Assembly: GCA_038852105.1 (NCBI GenBank)
Contig: JAWCKK010000002.1
Span: 42,621-106,620 of the forward strand
DNA: 64,000 nt
Direction: 5' to 3'
Origin: Thermoplasmata archaeon
GTDB taxonomy: Archaea; Thermoplasmatota; Thermoplasmata; UBA10834; DTMW01
A program made the position numbers and the translations under genes. The notes beneath the pieces were generated by a model. The model made no database searches and was not told the DNA's origin. It worked only from the letters and a program-made list of their open reading frames with translations. This document shows positions 49,548 to 58,098 of this stretch, one piece after another (position 1 is the first letter of the stretch; each line of letters starts with the position of its first letter).

Positions 49548-52011
49548 TGCTCCCCTTCCGCTTCTTCATCCTGCCGAGCACGAAGAACGCGCCGACGGCT
49601 AGTATCGGGATTATTATGTTTGAAAATTCCGGTATCGCTATCTGGCCAGGGTTCAGATCTCCCGGGGTCGGATTGGCCCATTTCCATTTATCGTACGGCG
49701 GGCTGCCCGTCCTGGCCCAGGATTTCGGTTGATTCATCTCTGGCACTTTTACGCTGTCCTGCAGATTTCCCTGGCTATCGTATAGCGACAGCGTCACTAT
49801 CTTGTTGAAGTTCAAACCTGTTATGACGTAGAAATCTCCCGGTTGCAGGACAATGTCGGGCAATACTGCGATCAGCCGACTGCCGTCATATAGCCTCCAT
49901 CCGCTCAGGGAGATCGGCGTCGTACCGGTATTATAGAGTTCGACCCAGTCGGCCTGATTCTTCACGTTGTATACTTCGTTGATGATTATGCCGCCGAAGG
50001 CCCTGCTGTACATATCGGATTGCCATTTTGCCAGCGGCAGTATGCTGTCCGAAATGTCCATTCCCTCTTTCCAATCGGTCATGAAGAAGGCGACTGTAGC
50101 TACATCGAGTTCCCCCAGCCCAATCAAAGACATGTTGAACGCGAATTCCAGTCTTCTCGCGTCTATCGCGAACTGAACGGCGCCTGCCACGACCCATTCG
50201 CCACTGTCCTGGGCGCCTTCCCATCTGTAGATGTCCGAATTGAGTATCTTGCCTTTCTTGCCTGCTATGAAGACCAAATAGTCCGCTCCCATGAGATTGG
50301 TGGCATTTGCGCCAGTAGAGATGTTCATGTCCGTGTCTAGGATTACGCCTGCGATGTCTGCTCCGATGAGTTCGGGAGATTCGGTCGGCGGCAAGCCCTG
50401 AGACGGTATCGGCAATGCGATATCCTTGGGCAGATATGTGCCGTTCGCAATGTTGTCAACCACTGCAACATACATCGCGACATGCGTTCCGTTCGAGTAC
50501 ATGCCGTATTCCGTGATGTCTATCGCTGGATCCTTGCCTATCGTCGAATTTATGAACCTCACGTCTCCGACGGGATCCTCTGTCACATAACCGTTCTTCC
50601 AGTCGGCGAATGCGCCATCGATTACAATTCTGTCCGGTATCCCTGCAATATACGACACCTTTGAGCCAGTTTGCCTTTCCTCGACAACCACCGAGGCGCC
50701 GTTTCTTGTCATGTTGTTGGCAACTAGTGAGAGGCCAAACGACGAGGTATTCTGTCCTTCACCGACGATTGCGAACACATGCAGGGTCTTGGCATATCCT
50801 TCTATGAGTGGCACGGAGGGTTCTATGCGAATGGTGTCCGTGACCGATTGGCCTATTAGCTCATCCCCATCATAGACAAGCAACCTGTAATCGGTCGCGT
50901 TTCCTAGCTGTTTGAATTTCAGCTCGGCGAGCTGAGCATTCCCCTTCTTCGATACTATCGAGATGTCCATCACTTTCTCCCGCAATTCGGGCAGTATGAC
51001 GCTCGGCATTTCCAGCTGGGCGACTGCTCTGACGGCGGGCTTGTTGTACTTGATCGCGAATTGTGAAATATCCTGACAACCGTGACAGCTCTTGGAGAAG
51101 AATCTGATTATCGGATCCGAACCGGTGTTCTCTACGAACGAGAACTCCATTTTGTTCACGGAACTGGCGATATCTGCCATACCATCCGGCATGAACGAAT
51201 TGAAATCGCTGCTGTTCCCGGTCTCAGAGAAGATATACACCTGTGCCGATTGAGCCGTCCCATTCCATCCGAGGATCTCTATCATCCTGTCCGCGCCGAT
51301 GTCCCCGACGGAATAGCCCGTGCTACGATTGTTGTCGAGGTCTATCATCGCGTAGAATCCGACGGGAGTCGAGTTCCCCTGGGAGAAGGTCTTTCCCGTA
51401 GTAGCGATGTAGCAGTATACGACATCGTTCCATCGGACCATCGAGTATTGTCTGATGTCTATCATCGCATCGGCGGTCGGATAATCTTCAATGATATATC
51501 CCGCCCTGTCCCAATCGAAGAAATACCCGTCTATCTTGATTGCGGAAGTAGGCATCGAGAATATCAGAAGGAAAGGCACGATTATCACAATGGCCGATAA
51601 AGCGAGTGAGGCCGCAATTCTCACCCCTGGCTTCCTGCGCCGCAGCGGCAGCTTCCTGGGGAGAGACGAGAGCCTGAAACCGTTGATGAAACCGTTCCCG
51701 TTAATTAGGCCAGTTTTCCGCTCGAGCCCGTTCACAAGCCCATTGTAGAGTCCGATTCTGGCATTCCGGATGCCATTGGTCAGGCCGTTCGTCAGTCCGT
51801 TTATCCTGCCGTTGCGAGAAAATCCGTTTACGAAGCCGTTGGTCTTGCGGCCATTGCCAATATCGATGGACCGATCTTTCTGCTCGGGCCTCCCGAGTGT
51901 CGATGCTGTCCGCTCGTCAGATGCTCGTTTCCTGCGCATCCTGTCGAGTTCGACATCCCGGTTCCTGTATCCGTCCATCGTATTGGCCCTCGCTTGTGAA
52001 GCTCGGGCCAT
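49534..52011 (-). CDS. Surface protein with N-terminal NG repeats, a TM helix, a lamin-tail-like domain and a PEF-CTERM-like sorting signal
   Basis: 12 Asn-Gly dipeptides near the N-terminus; TM IAASLALSAIVIIVPFLLIF; IIINEVY...DWVELYN.G...I.LSGW.L.D (lamin-tail-like); C-terminus IPEFSNIIIPILAVGAFFVLGRMKKRK. Start could be 51978. Confidence 0.82.
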   Translation of the reverse strand: MARASQARANTMDGYRNRDVELDRMRRKRASDERTASTLGRPEQKDRSIDIGNGRKTNGFVNGFSRNGRINGLTNGLTNGIRNARIGLYNGLVNGLERKTGLINGNGFINGFRLSSLPRKLPLRRRKPGVRIAASLALSAIVIIVPFLLIFSMPTSAIKIDGYFFDWDRAGYIIEDYPTADAMIDIRQYSMVRWNDVVYCYIATTGKTFSQGNSTPVGFYAMIDLDNNRSTGYSVGDIGADRMIEILGWNGTAQSAQVYIFSETGNSSDFNSFMPDGMADIASSVNKMEFSFVENTGSDPIIRFFSKSCHGCQDISQFAIKYNKPAVRAVAQLEMPSVILPELREKVMDISIVSKKGNAQLAELKFKQLGNATDYRLLVYDGDELIGQSVTDTIRIEPSVPLIEGYAKTLHVFAIVGEGQNTSSFGLSLVANNMTRNGASVVVEERQTGSKVSYIAGIPDRIVIDGAFADWKNGYVTEDPVGDVRFINSTIGKDPAIDITEYGMYSNGTHVAMYVAVVDNIANGTYLPKDIALPIPSQGLPPTESPELIGADIAGVILDTDMNISTGANATNLMGADYLVFIAGKKGKILNSDIYRWEGAQDSGEWVVAGAVQFAIDARRLEFAFNMSLIGLGELDVATVAFFMTDWKEGMDISDSILPLAKWQSDMYSRAFGGIIINEVYNVKNQADWVELYNTGTTPISLSGWRLYDGSRLIAVLPDIVLQPGDFYVITGLNFNKIVTLSLYDSQGNLQDSVKVPEMNQPKSWARTGSPPYDKWKWANPTPGDLNPGQIAIPEFSNIIIPILAVGAFFVLGRMKKRKGSNGGR

Positions 52012-52236
52012 ACATAGCTCGGACCATGTGTGTTGCAGAACCCGGCAAGAGCATACGCTCTAGCCAACATTAGGACTGCATGGCCCGAGCTTCGAATTTA
52101 CTGGGTAAAACCGAGTATTTAAATCGTCAAGGCGTGGTTACGATTTTTGATAGAACTGTATTTAAGCAAATGCCGATGCAATCTGGCAGCCCGAAATGGA
52201 AAAAATGTTGTAACCAAAAATGCATAATCGCCGGAA

Positions 52237-52815
52237 GTGAAACCAACGTCTCGAAATCACCTGGGCAGATTGACAATAGGGCTCTATAATTCTTACAACT
52301 TATTGCAATTCCGCGAGGCGCATAGGCGCATTATCGCACGCGCGGCACCTTTGGCGGAGGCGTTCGATTGGAATCTCGCCGTTTTCGGATTCCCCTTCCC
52401 TAAAGAGCTCGACACATCTGAAAAGGTCGCGAAATGGATCTCTGGCACGACGTCAATAGGCGACGAGGGAAAATACACGGTCGAGCTGTCCGAGCTCGGC
52501 AGGTTGCTTGTATTCGATCTTCCCGAGAGAGGATTCCCGCCACAGCTGGGAACACTCGTGATAACCACTAGGAAACCCTGGGAGGAGAGAACCGTGTCAG
52601 TTGATGAGATAGCCAATAGGGTGGTGTCTGGCGAGTCTTTCCTTTTCCTATTCGGCCTCGGGCCGAAGGGTCTTCCTAGAGAGCTGTTCGAACTCGGAAA
52701 AATGCATTTCGACGTGACCGGGCGGGGCAAATCGCTCGAGACGTGCACGGCATTGGGTTCCGTCGTCGGATCAGTCAGCACGGCCGTGCGCAAGAGGCTT
52801 TCAGCCAAGAACTAA
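52237..52815 (+). CDS. DUF531 family protein (SPOUT-like putative methyltransferase)
   Basis: LTIGLYNSY, EAHRRIIARAAPL..AF..NLA.FGFPF, TTSIG..G.Y, FPPQLG, GLGPKGLP, HFDVTG.G.SLETCTALG. Confidence 0.85.
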   Translation: MKPTSRNHLGRLTIGLYNSYNLLQFREAHRRIIARAAPLAEAFDWNLAVFGFPFPKELDTSEKVAKWISGTTSIGDEGKYTVELSELGRLLVFDLPERGFPPQLGTLVITTRKPWEERTVSVDEIANRVVSGESFLFLFGLGPKGLPRELFELGKMHFDVTGRGKSLETCTALGSVVGSVSTAVRKRLSAKN

Positions 52816-52817
52816 TC

Positions 52818-53849
52818 TCAATACTTGGAATACTCTAAGCCTTTCGAGGGCACTGTGACCTTTCCCGAGTCGTCAACATTGCCCACGATTTTCGCTCCTT
52901 TTCCAATCCGATTTGCCACCGTCTTGGCGATTTTCTTGGGAACTATCATCGCGAACCCCATACCCATATTGAATGTCTGATACATCTCCCTATCATCGAC
53001 CGAACCGAGTTCTTGGAGCAGGCCGAATATCTTGTTCGGCCTCATCGGGCTATCGATCCTGAACCCTATGCCATGCTTCAATCTCACAAAGTTCCTCAGG
53101 CCGCCACCAGTGATGTTTACAAGGCCGTGCACCTCGAACTCTCTGATTATTCTAAGTACCTGTTTCACGTAGATTGTCGTCGGAGTCAGTAATTCCTCGC
53201 CAACGGTCTTCCCAAGAGACGGGATGTATTTTCTGTAACCGTAGCCGGCCTCTTCGACGATTTTCCTCGCCAACGTGAGCCCATTCGAATGGATTCCCGA
53301 GCTCGGCAGACCGATAATGACGTCTCCGGGAGCGCATTTCTGTCCTGTTATTATCCTGCTTTTCTCGACGACGCCCAGGCAGGTGCCGCTCAAATCCAGC
53401 CCGTTCACGAGCTCGGGCATGACTGCAACCTCGCCGCCGACAATCACGGCATTCGCCTGCTCGACGCCGCGTTGAAGCCCCGCACCAATCGCACTCATCA
53501 CATCTGGTCTAGGTTTATCGACGGCGATATAATCGACGAACGCCACGGGCTCCGCGCCGACGCATATCGTATCATTGACGTTCATCGCGACGCAATCTAT
53601 CCCCACCGTGTCCCACACGCCGAGCTCCTCGGCAATCATCAGCTTCGTCCCAACGCCGTCGGTGCACAGCGTCAACGCCAGATCGCCGAAATCCACCAGG
53701 CCAGTGAAATGGCCAGGGATGTCCAGTAGTTTCCACCTTCCCCGCCTCCTGTCCTTCAGTCTGTCGACGAGGGCGGATATGCATTTCGATTTCAGGTCGA
53801 TATCCACACCGGCCCGAGCGTAGGTCATCTTTTTCTTGTTCCCAGCCAT
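52818..53849 (-). CDS. purM: Phosphoribosylformylglycinamidine cyclo-ligase (AIR synthetase)
   Basis: YARAGVDI, TDGVGTK, GIDCVAMNVND, GGEVA, GLPSSGIHSNG, LLTPT.IY, ITGGG, MYQTFNMGMG. Confidence 0.95.
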   Translation of the reverse strand: MAGNKKKMTYARAGVDIDLKSKCISALVDRLKDRRRGRWKLLDIPGHFTGLVDFGDLALTLCTDGVGTKLMIAEELGVWDTVGIDCVAMNVNDTICVGAEPVAFVDYIAVDKPRPDVMSAIGAGLQRGVEQANAVIVGGEVAVMPELVNGLDLSGTCLGVVEKSRIITGQKCAPGDVIIGLPSSGIHSNGLTLARKIVEEAGYGYRKYIPSLGKTVGEELLTPTTIYVKQVLRIIREFEVHGLVNITGGGLRNFVRLKHGIGFRIDSPMRPNKIFGLLQELGSVDDREMYQTFNMGMGFAMIVPKKIAKTVANRIGKGAKIVGNVDDSGKVTVPSKGLEYSKY

Positions 53850-53908
53850 CCTAACACGCTCTCAGCAATGCGCTTTTCGAGAATAAACCTTGCCTGTGCC
53901 CCGACTAC

Positions 53909-55189
53909 TCAGAAGAAGAGCAACAATACAAGAAGGTTTATCACGACCAGCGCGACGATCGATGCAGGGATAGCGACCTTGCAATACTCCTTCCACGAAT
54001 AGCTCAGGTTGTTCTTCTCCGCCACGGCCAGGGCTACTATGTTCGTCGACGCTCCGATGGGCGTGGCGTTCCCTCCGACGTCCCATCCCAGGGTGGCGGT
54101 ATATGCCAGCTTGCTCGCCGATATGCCAGTGCTGGCAGAGATCGACTCGAAGACAGGGACCATCGCGGCCGCCAAGGGTATGTTGTCGAACAGCGCAGCC
54201 ATAAGCGCGACCATCCAAAGTAGCGTTGTCGCGAGCAGGTGCGCGTCTCCGCCGGAAAAGTTCGTCAAGACGCCCGCGAAGCCCGAAAGCACGCCACTGC
54301 TTTCGAGTCCTCCGACCATGACGAAGAGCCCCGCCAGGAACACGATTGTGTGCCAATCTATCTTCTGTATCAGGTCGTCCATCTTTCGCCTTCCGAGCAA
54401 GATTACCAAGGCGGCTCCCAATATGGCCACGTACGCGACCAGCATATCGAGCACGTTGTGAAGTATCAGGAGCGTGACCGTGAAGGCGAACACCATAAGC
54501 GCCATCCTCATCTGCCTGATGTCCTTCACCGCGCTGAATGGATCGAGGTGTTTGTTCTCCTCGATTATCTTGGCCACATCGACGTTCTTCCTTTCGAACA
54601 TCTTTCTATAGAAAACTCCGAAGAAAAGGAGTATGACGGCGAAAGCCACCATCGCTATGGGTGCGGTATGGGTCGCGAAGTCGACGAACGTCAGGTTCAG
54701 TTCAGTTCCGATAATCACATTCGGCGGATCTCCAACCATCGTTGCGCTGCCCCCGATGTTCGAGGAACATATCTCTGCGAATATGATAGGCAGAGGAGGA
54801 GCCTTCAAAATCCTGCAGACCTCGACGGTCAGCGAGGCCATGAAGACCATGACCGTGATACAATCCATGAATGCTGAAAGGAAGGCAGCGAGTCCGCAGA
54901 ACACGATAAATACTTTGAGAAGGTCGAACTTGGTCGCCCGAAGCGCCTGCAGGCCTATCCATCGGAAAAACCCGCTTTCGCTCAGTGCCGCGACAAGAAC
55001 GAACATTCCGAAGATTAGGCCGATGGCCTCCCAATGGATTGCTGAGATAGCCTGTGATTCGGTCAAAACGCCCAGGCCGACCATCAGGAGCGCCCCGAAA
55101 ATGACGGCGACGGTCCTATCTGCGAGGTCGAGCACAATTACGGCGTACACTGCGGCGAAGATGATGAGTGCTAGTAGAGAGCCGTCCAA
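53909..55189 (-). CDS. ArsB/NhaD-superfamily (SLC13/P-protein-like) ion or anion permease
   Basis: 11-12 TM; LSAFMDCITV, SNIGGSATMVGDPPNVII, IDWHTIVF..GLFVMVGGL, DNIPL, GGNAT.IGASTN. Confidence 0.88.
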   Translation of the reverse strand: MDGSLLALIIFAAVYAVIVLDLADRTVAVIFGALLMVGLGVLTESQAISAIHWEAIGLIFGMFVLVAALSESGFFRWIGLQALRATKFDLLKVFIVFCGLAAFLSAFMDCITVMVFMASLTVEVCRILKAPPLPIIFAEICSSNIGGSATMVGDPPNVIIGTELNLTFVDFATHTAPIAMVAFAVILLFFGVFYRKMFERKNVDVAKIIEENKHLDPFSAVKDIRQMRMALMVFAFTVTLLILHNVLDMLVAYVAILGAALVILLGRRKMDDLIQKIDWHTIVFLAGLFVMVGGLESSGVLSGFAGVLTNFSGGDAHLLATTLLWMVALMAALFDNIPLAAAMVPVFESISASTGISASKLAYTATLGWDVGGNATPIGASTNIVALAVAEKNNLSYSWKEYCKVAIPASIVALVVINLLVLLLFF

Positions 55190-55292
55190 GAGCGCATCCC
55201 GGGTGGTGAAATATGGAACGCTGTTAAATTACTTTCTACTATGACAGAAAAGCCAGGACAATCGCTGATGATTCATGTTGAATCATCACCGT

Positions 55293-56399
55293 CTATTTCT
55301 CTTTCCAGGACATGTATTTGCTCGCGAGCAAGAAGAATATCATCCCGCACGCAAACACAATCGCGAGGTTGACAAGCGCGCTTGCATCGTTGAAATACAA
55401 CATCGTGTCTCTAAGACCATTGTTAAGATAAGTGAGAGGGATCACCGAGGCGACGGCCTGAAGGTAATCGGGCATGATTTCTAGAGGGATGAAGCTGCCG
55501 GAAAGGAACATCATCGGGAATCCAATCGCGTTCGCGATGGCGGTCGCACCTTCTGGATCCTTGACGAGAATCCCGACGAACATTCCGATGGCGGTGAACG
55601 TGAATGCGCCCGCAGCTATGAGTACAAATGCCATCGGCGTCAGAATTGACTGCATGTCGAATGCCATCCTGCCGACAAGATATGTCAATACGAGCGCGAA
55701 TGAGAGCAGAACGGCATAGAAAATGAATTTCGAAACGAGCCATTCCCATTTCTTGATATTGGTCGTCGCCAAGAGCTTGAAGTAGCTCCTCTGCTTGTAT
55801 TCGGCGCAGGTGCCGGTCATCACATAAAGAGTGTTGACCATCACGGTGATTCCGATGATCCCTGGCAGGTAGAAGTCCATGTAGTTGAACTTCTGTGCAG
55901 GCGTGATTGATTTGCCGCTTGCTCCTATCACGGGCTGCGTCCCGGTCAGCGCGAAGTTCATGCCTTCGGCCACGGCGCTAACGGCGCCGAGCACCATGTT
56001 GTATGTCGTCTTCGAGGGGTCCCCATAGACCGTTACGTTGACGTATCCTTCGATTCCGAGCGCGACCCTCATGCCGATGTCGTACGTGAAATTTTTCGGT
56101 ATCTGCACGGCCACGGTTAGCGAGTTATTGGTAATGAACCTCTCAATGCTCTCGTTGTCAGGTATGTTTCTTATCTCGAACAATCCGGTCCTGTTCATTG
56201 AATCGACGAACTGGTCTCCCATGGATCCGTTATCCTGATTCTGGACGTAGAGGACTATTTTCGATGATCCTCCTCCCATGAATATCGCTCCGAAGACGAG
56301 TATCAATAGTATCGGGAAAGCGATTGCGAAGAACATCCCCATTTTCATACGCACGTACTGTTTTCCGAAATTGACAGTGTCTGATAGGATATGACTCAT
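55293..56399 (-). CDS. ABC-2 type exporter permease
   Basis: FFAIAFPILL, extracytoplasmic domain, YMDFYLPGIIG, PMMFLSGSF.P...MP.YLQ....PLTY. Confidence 0.9.
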   Translation of the reverse strand: MSHILSDTVNFGKQYVRMKMGMFFAIAFPILLILVFGAIFMGGGSSKIVLYVQNQDNGSMGDQFVDSMNRTGLFEIRNIPDNESIERFITNNSLTVAVQIPKNFTYDIGMRVALGIEGYVNVTVYGDPSKTTYNMVLGAVSAVAEGMNFALTGTQPVIGASGKSITPAQKFNYMDFYLPGIIGITVMVNTLYVMTGTCAEYKQRSYFKLLATTNIKKWEWLVSKFIFYAVLLSFALVLTYLVGRMAFDMQSILTPMAFVLIAAGAFTFTAIGMFVGILVKDPEGATAIANAIGFPMMFLSGSFIPLEIMPDYLQAVASVIPLTYLNNGLRDTMLYFNDASALVNLAIVFACGMIFFLLASKYMSWKEK

Positions 56400-57343
56400 T
56401 GCCTGAGCACCCCGTCCTCCATCTTGCTACCGACGAGGCTCAAGAAGACGTCCTCCAGGCTCTCGCGCATTGTCCATATGTCCGTGACCGATATATCGGA
56501 GGATGCCAGCCTTGCCATTATGCTCTTCATCTCAGAATGTCTTCTCATCGCGACGACGACGTTATTCGAGTTAATGCGATCGAGTTCCGCATCTATCCCC
56601 ATCGCTCTGAGAATCTTCAGTCCCGTCTGGCCAGCGTTTTCCAGGACTATTGATGTGCCCTTCCCGTATTTCTCGATGAGTCCTCCTGGCGTCCCCTTTG
56701 CGATTATCTTTCCCCTATGCATTATTGCGACATCGTCAGCGAGCTTCTCCGCCTCGTCGAGATAGTGCGTCGTGAGCAAAATCGTCGTGCCCTTATCTCT
56801 TATGTGATCTATCAACTCCCAGACGTCTCTCCTTGCCTTCGGGTCTAGTCCGGTCGTCGGTTCGTCCAAGAACAGCAGCTCAGGGTCATTGACGATTGAC
56901 AATGCGATCCCGAGCTTCCTTCGCTCGCCTCCCGATAGCTTCTTGGAGTGCAGGTTTCTCCTGTCCGAAAGGCTCACGCTTTCTAGAAGTTCGTTGATTT
57001 CTCTCTTGGTGATTCTTCTGTCGTATAAATTCGCCCAGTATTGTATGGCCTCCCAAGGCTTCAGCATGTCAAAGGGCTCGAAATTCTGCGGCAGAATTCC
57101 GACCCTGCTTCTGATTCTTGAATAATCTCTTAGAATATCTTCCCCCATCACTGTTACTTTGCCTTCGGTGGGGGTTCGCAAACCCTCCAATATCTCCACT
57201 GTCGTAGTCTTCCCCGCACCGTTTGGGCCGAGCATCGAGAGGATCTTGCCCTTCTCGATTTCGAACGATATGTCATCGACCGCTCTGATGTCGGGCGGGT
57301 AATGCTTCGAGAGGTTCTCGACCTCTACGATTGTCTCTCTCAC
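56396..57343 (-). CDS. ABC exporter ATP-binding protein
   Basis: Walker A GPNGAGKTT, signature LSGGE, Walker B LFLDEPTTGLD, TTHY. Confidence 0.93.
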   Translation of the reverse strand: MRETIVEVENLSKHYPPDIRAVDDISFEIEKGKILSMLGPNGAGKTTTVEILEGLRTPTEGKVTVMGEDILRDYSRIRSRVGILPQNFEPFDMLKPWEAIQYWANLYDRRITKREINELLESVSLSDRRNLHSKKLSGGERRKLGIALSIVNDPELLFLDEPTTGLDPKARRDVWELIDHIRDKGTTILLTTHYLDEAEKLADDVAIMHRGKIIAKGTPGGLIEKYGKGTSIVLENAGQTGLKILRAMGIDAELDRINSNNVVVAMRRHSEMKSIMARLASSDISVTDIWTMRESLEDVFLSLVGSKMEDGVLRQ

Positions 57344-57474
57344 TTGGGCATCATCCTTCTGTGACGGGCCGATTACTTTACATCATATAATTCTTGCACC
57401 CGAATCGCTACGCAAAGCAATTCTATCGGACTATGTCAAAAAGACTATGACCAATCAATGTGTTAATAAGAATC

Positions 57475-58098
57475 GTGACGCGAAGGTGGCAGGCGGAGAG
57501 GAAAAGAGAGTTCTACTATCGCATGGCCAAGAGGGAAAAATACCGCAGCAGGGCCGCATACAAGCTCATGCAGCTGAACGAGAAGTTCAAGATAATCAAT
57601 CCTGGCGACAGGGTGGTCGATCTTGGCTGCTCTCCTGGTGGCTGGTCACAGGTCGCGGCCGATATCGTCGGCGCAACCGGCAAGGTCGTCGGGATAGATA
57701 TCAAGCGGATGCGCCCCATCGAGGGCGTCGATTTCGTCTTGGGGGATATACGTGATAAGAGGACTGTCGCAACGGCAGTCGAGAAACTCGGAGGACCAGT
57801 CGATGTCGTGATTTCCGATATGGCGCCGAACATAAGCGGGAACTATTCGACTGACCATGCGCGCTCGATAGAGCTCTGCGAGCACGCCTTGGGGTTCGCA
57901 AGGAACGCTCTCAGGGAAGGCGGGAATTTCGTCGTCAAGGTGTTCGAAGGCGATCTGTATCGCGATTATCTCGAGAGCGTGAAAAGTCATTTCAGAAGCG
58001 TGAAGGCGCACAATCCGAAGGCCTCAAGGCCGTCGAGTTCGGAGATATACATTGTCGCGAAGGGGTTCGTGGCCAGGCAGCCGCCGACGTTCATTTAG
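57475..58098 (+). CDS. rlmE: 23S rRNA (uridine-2'-O)-methyltransferase RlmE/FtsJ
   Basis: YRSRAAYKL, VVDLGCSPGGWSQ, VISDMAPNISG, FVVKVF, ASRPSSSEIY. Start set at GTG 57475. Confidence 0.93.
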   Translation: MTRRWQAERKREFYYRMAKREKYRSRAAYKLMQLNEKFKIINPGDRVVDLGCSPGGWSQVAADIVGATGKVVGIDIKRMRPIEGVDFVLGDIRDKRTVATAVEKLGGPVDVVISDMAPNISGNYSTDHARSIELCEHALGFARNALREGGNFVVKVFEGDLYRDYLESVKSHFRSVKAHNPKASRPSSSEIYIVAKGFVARQPPTFI

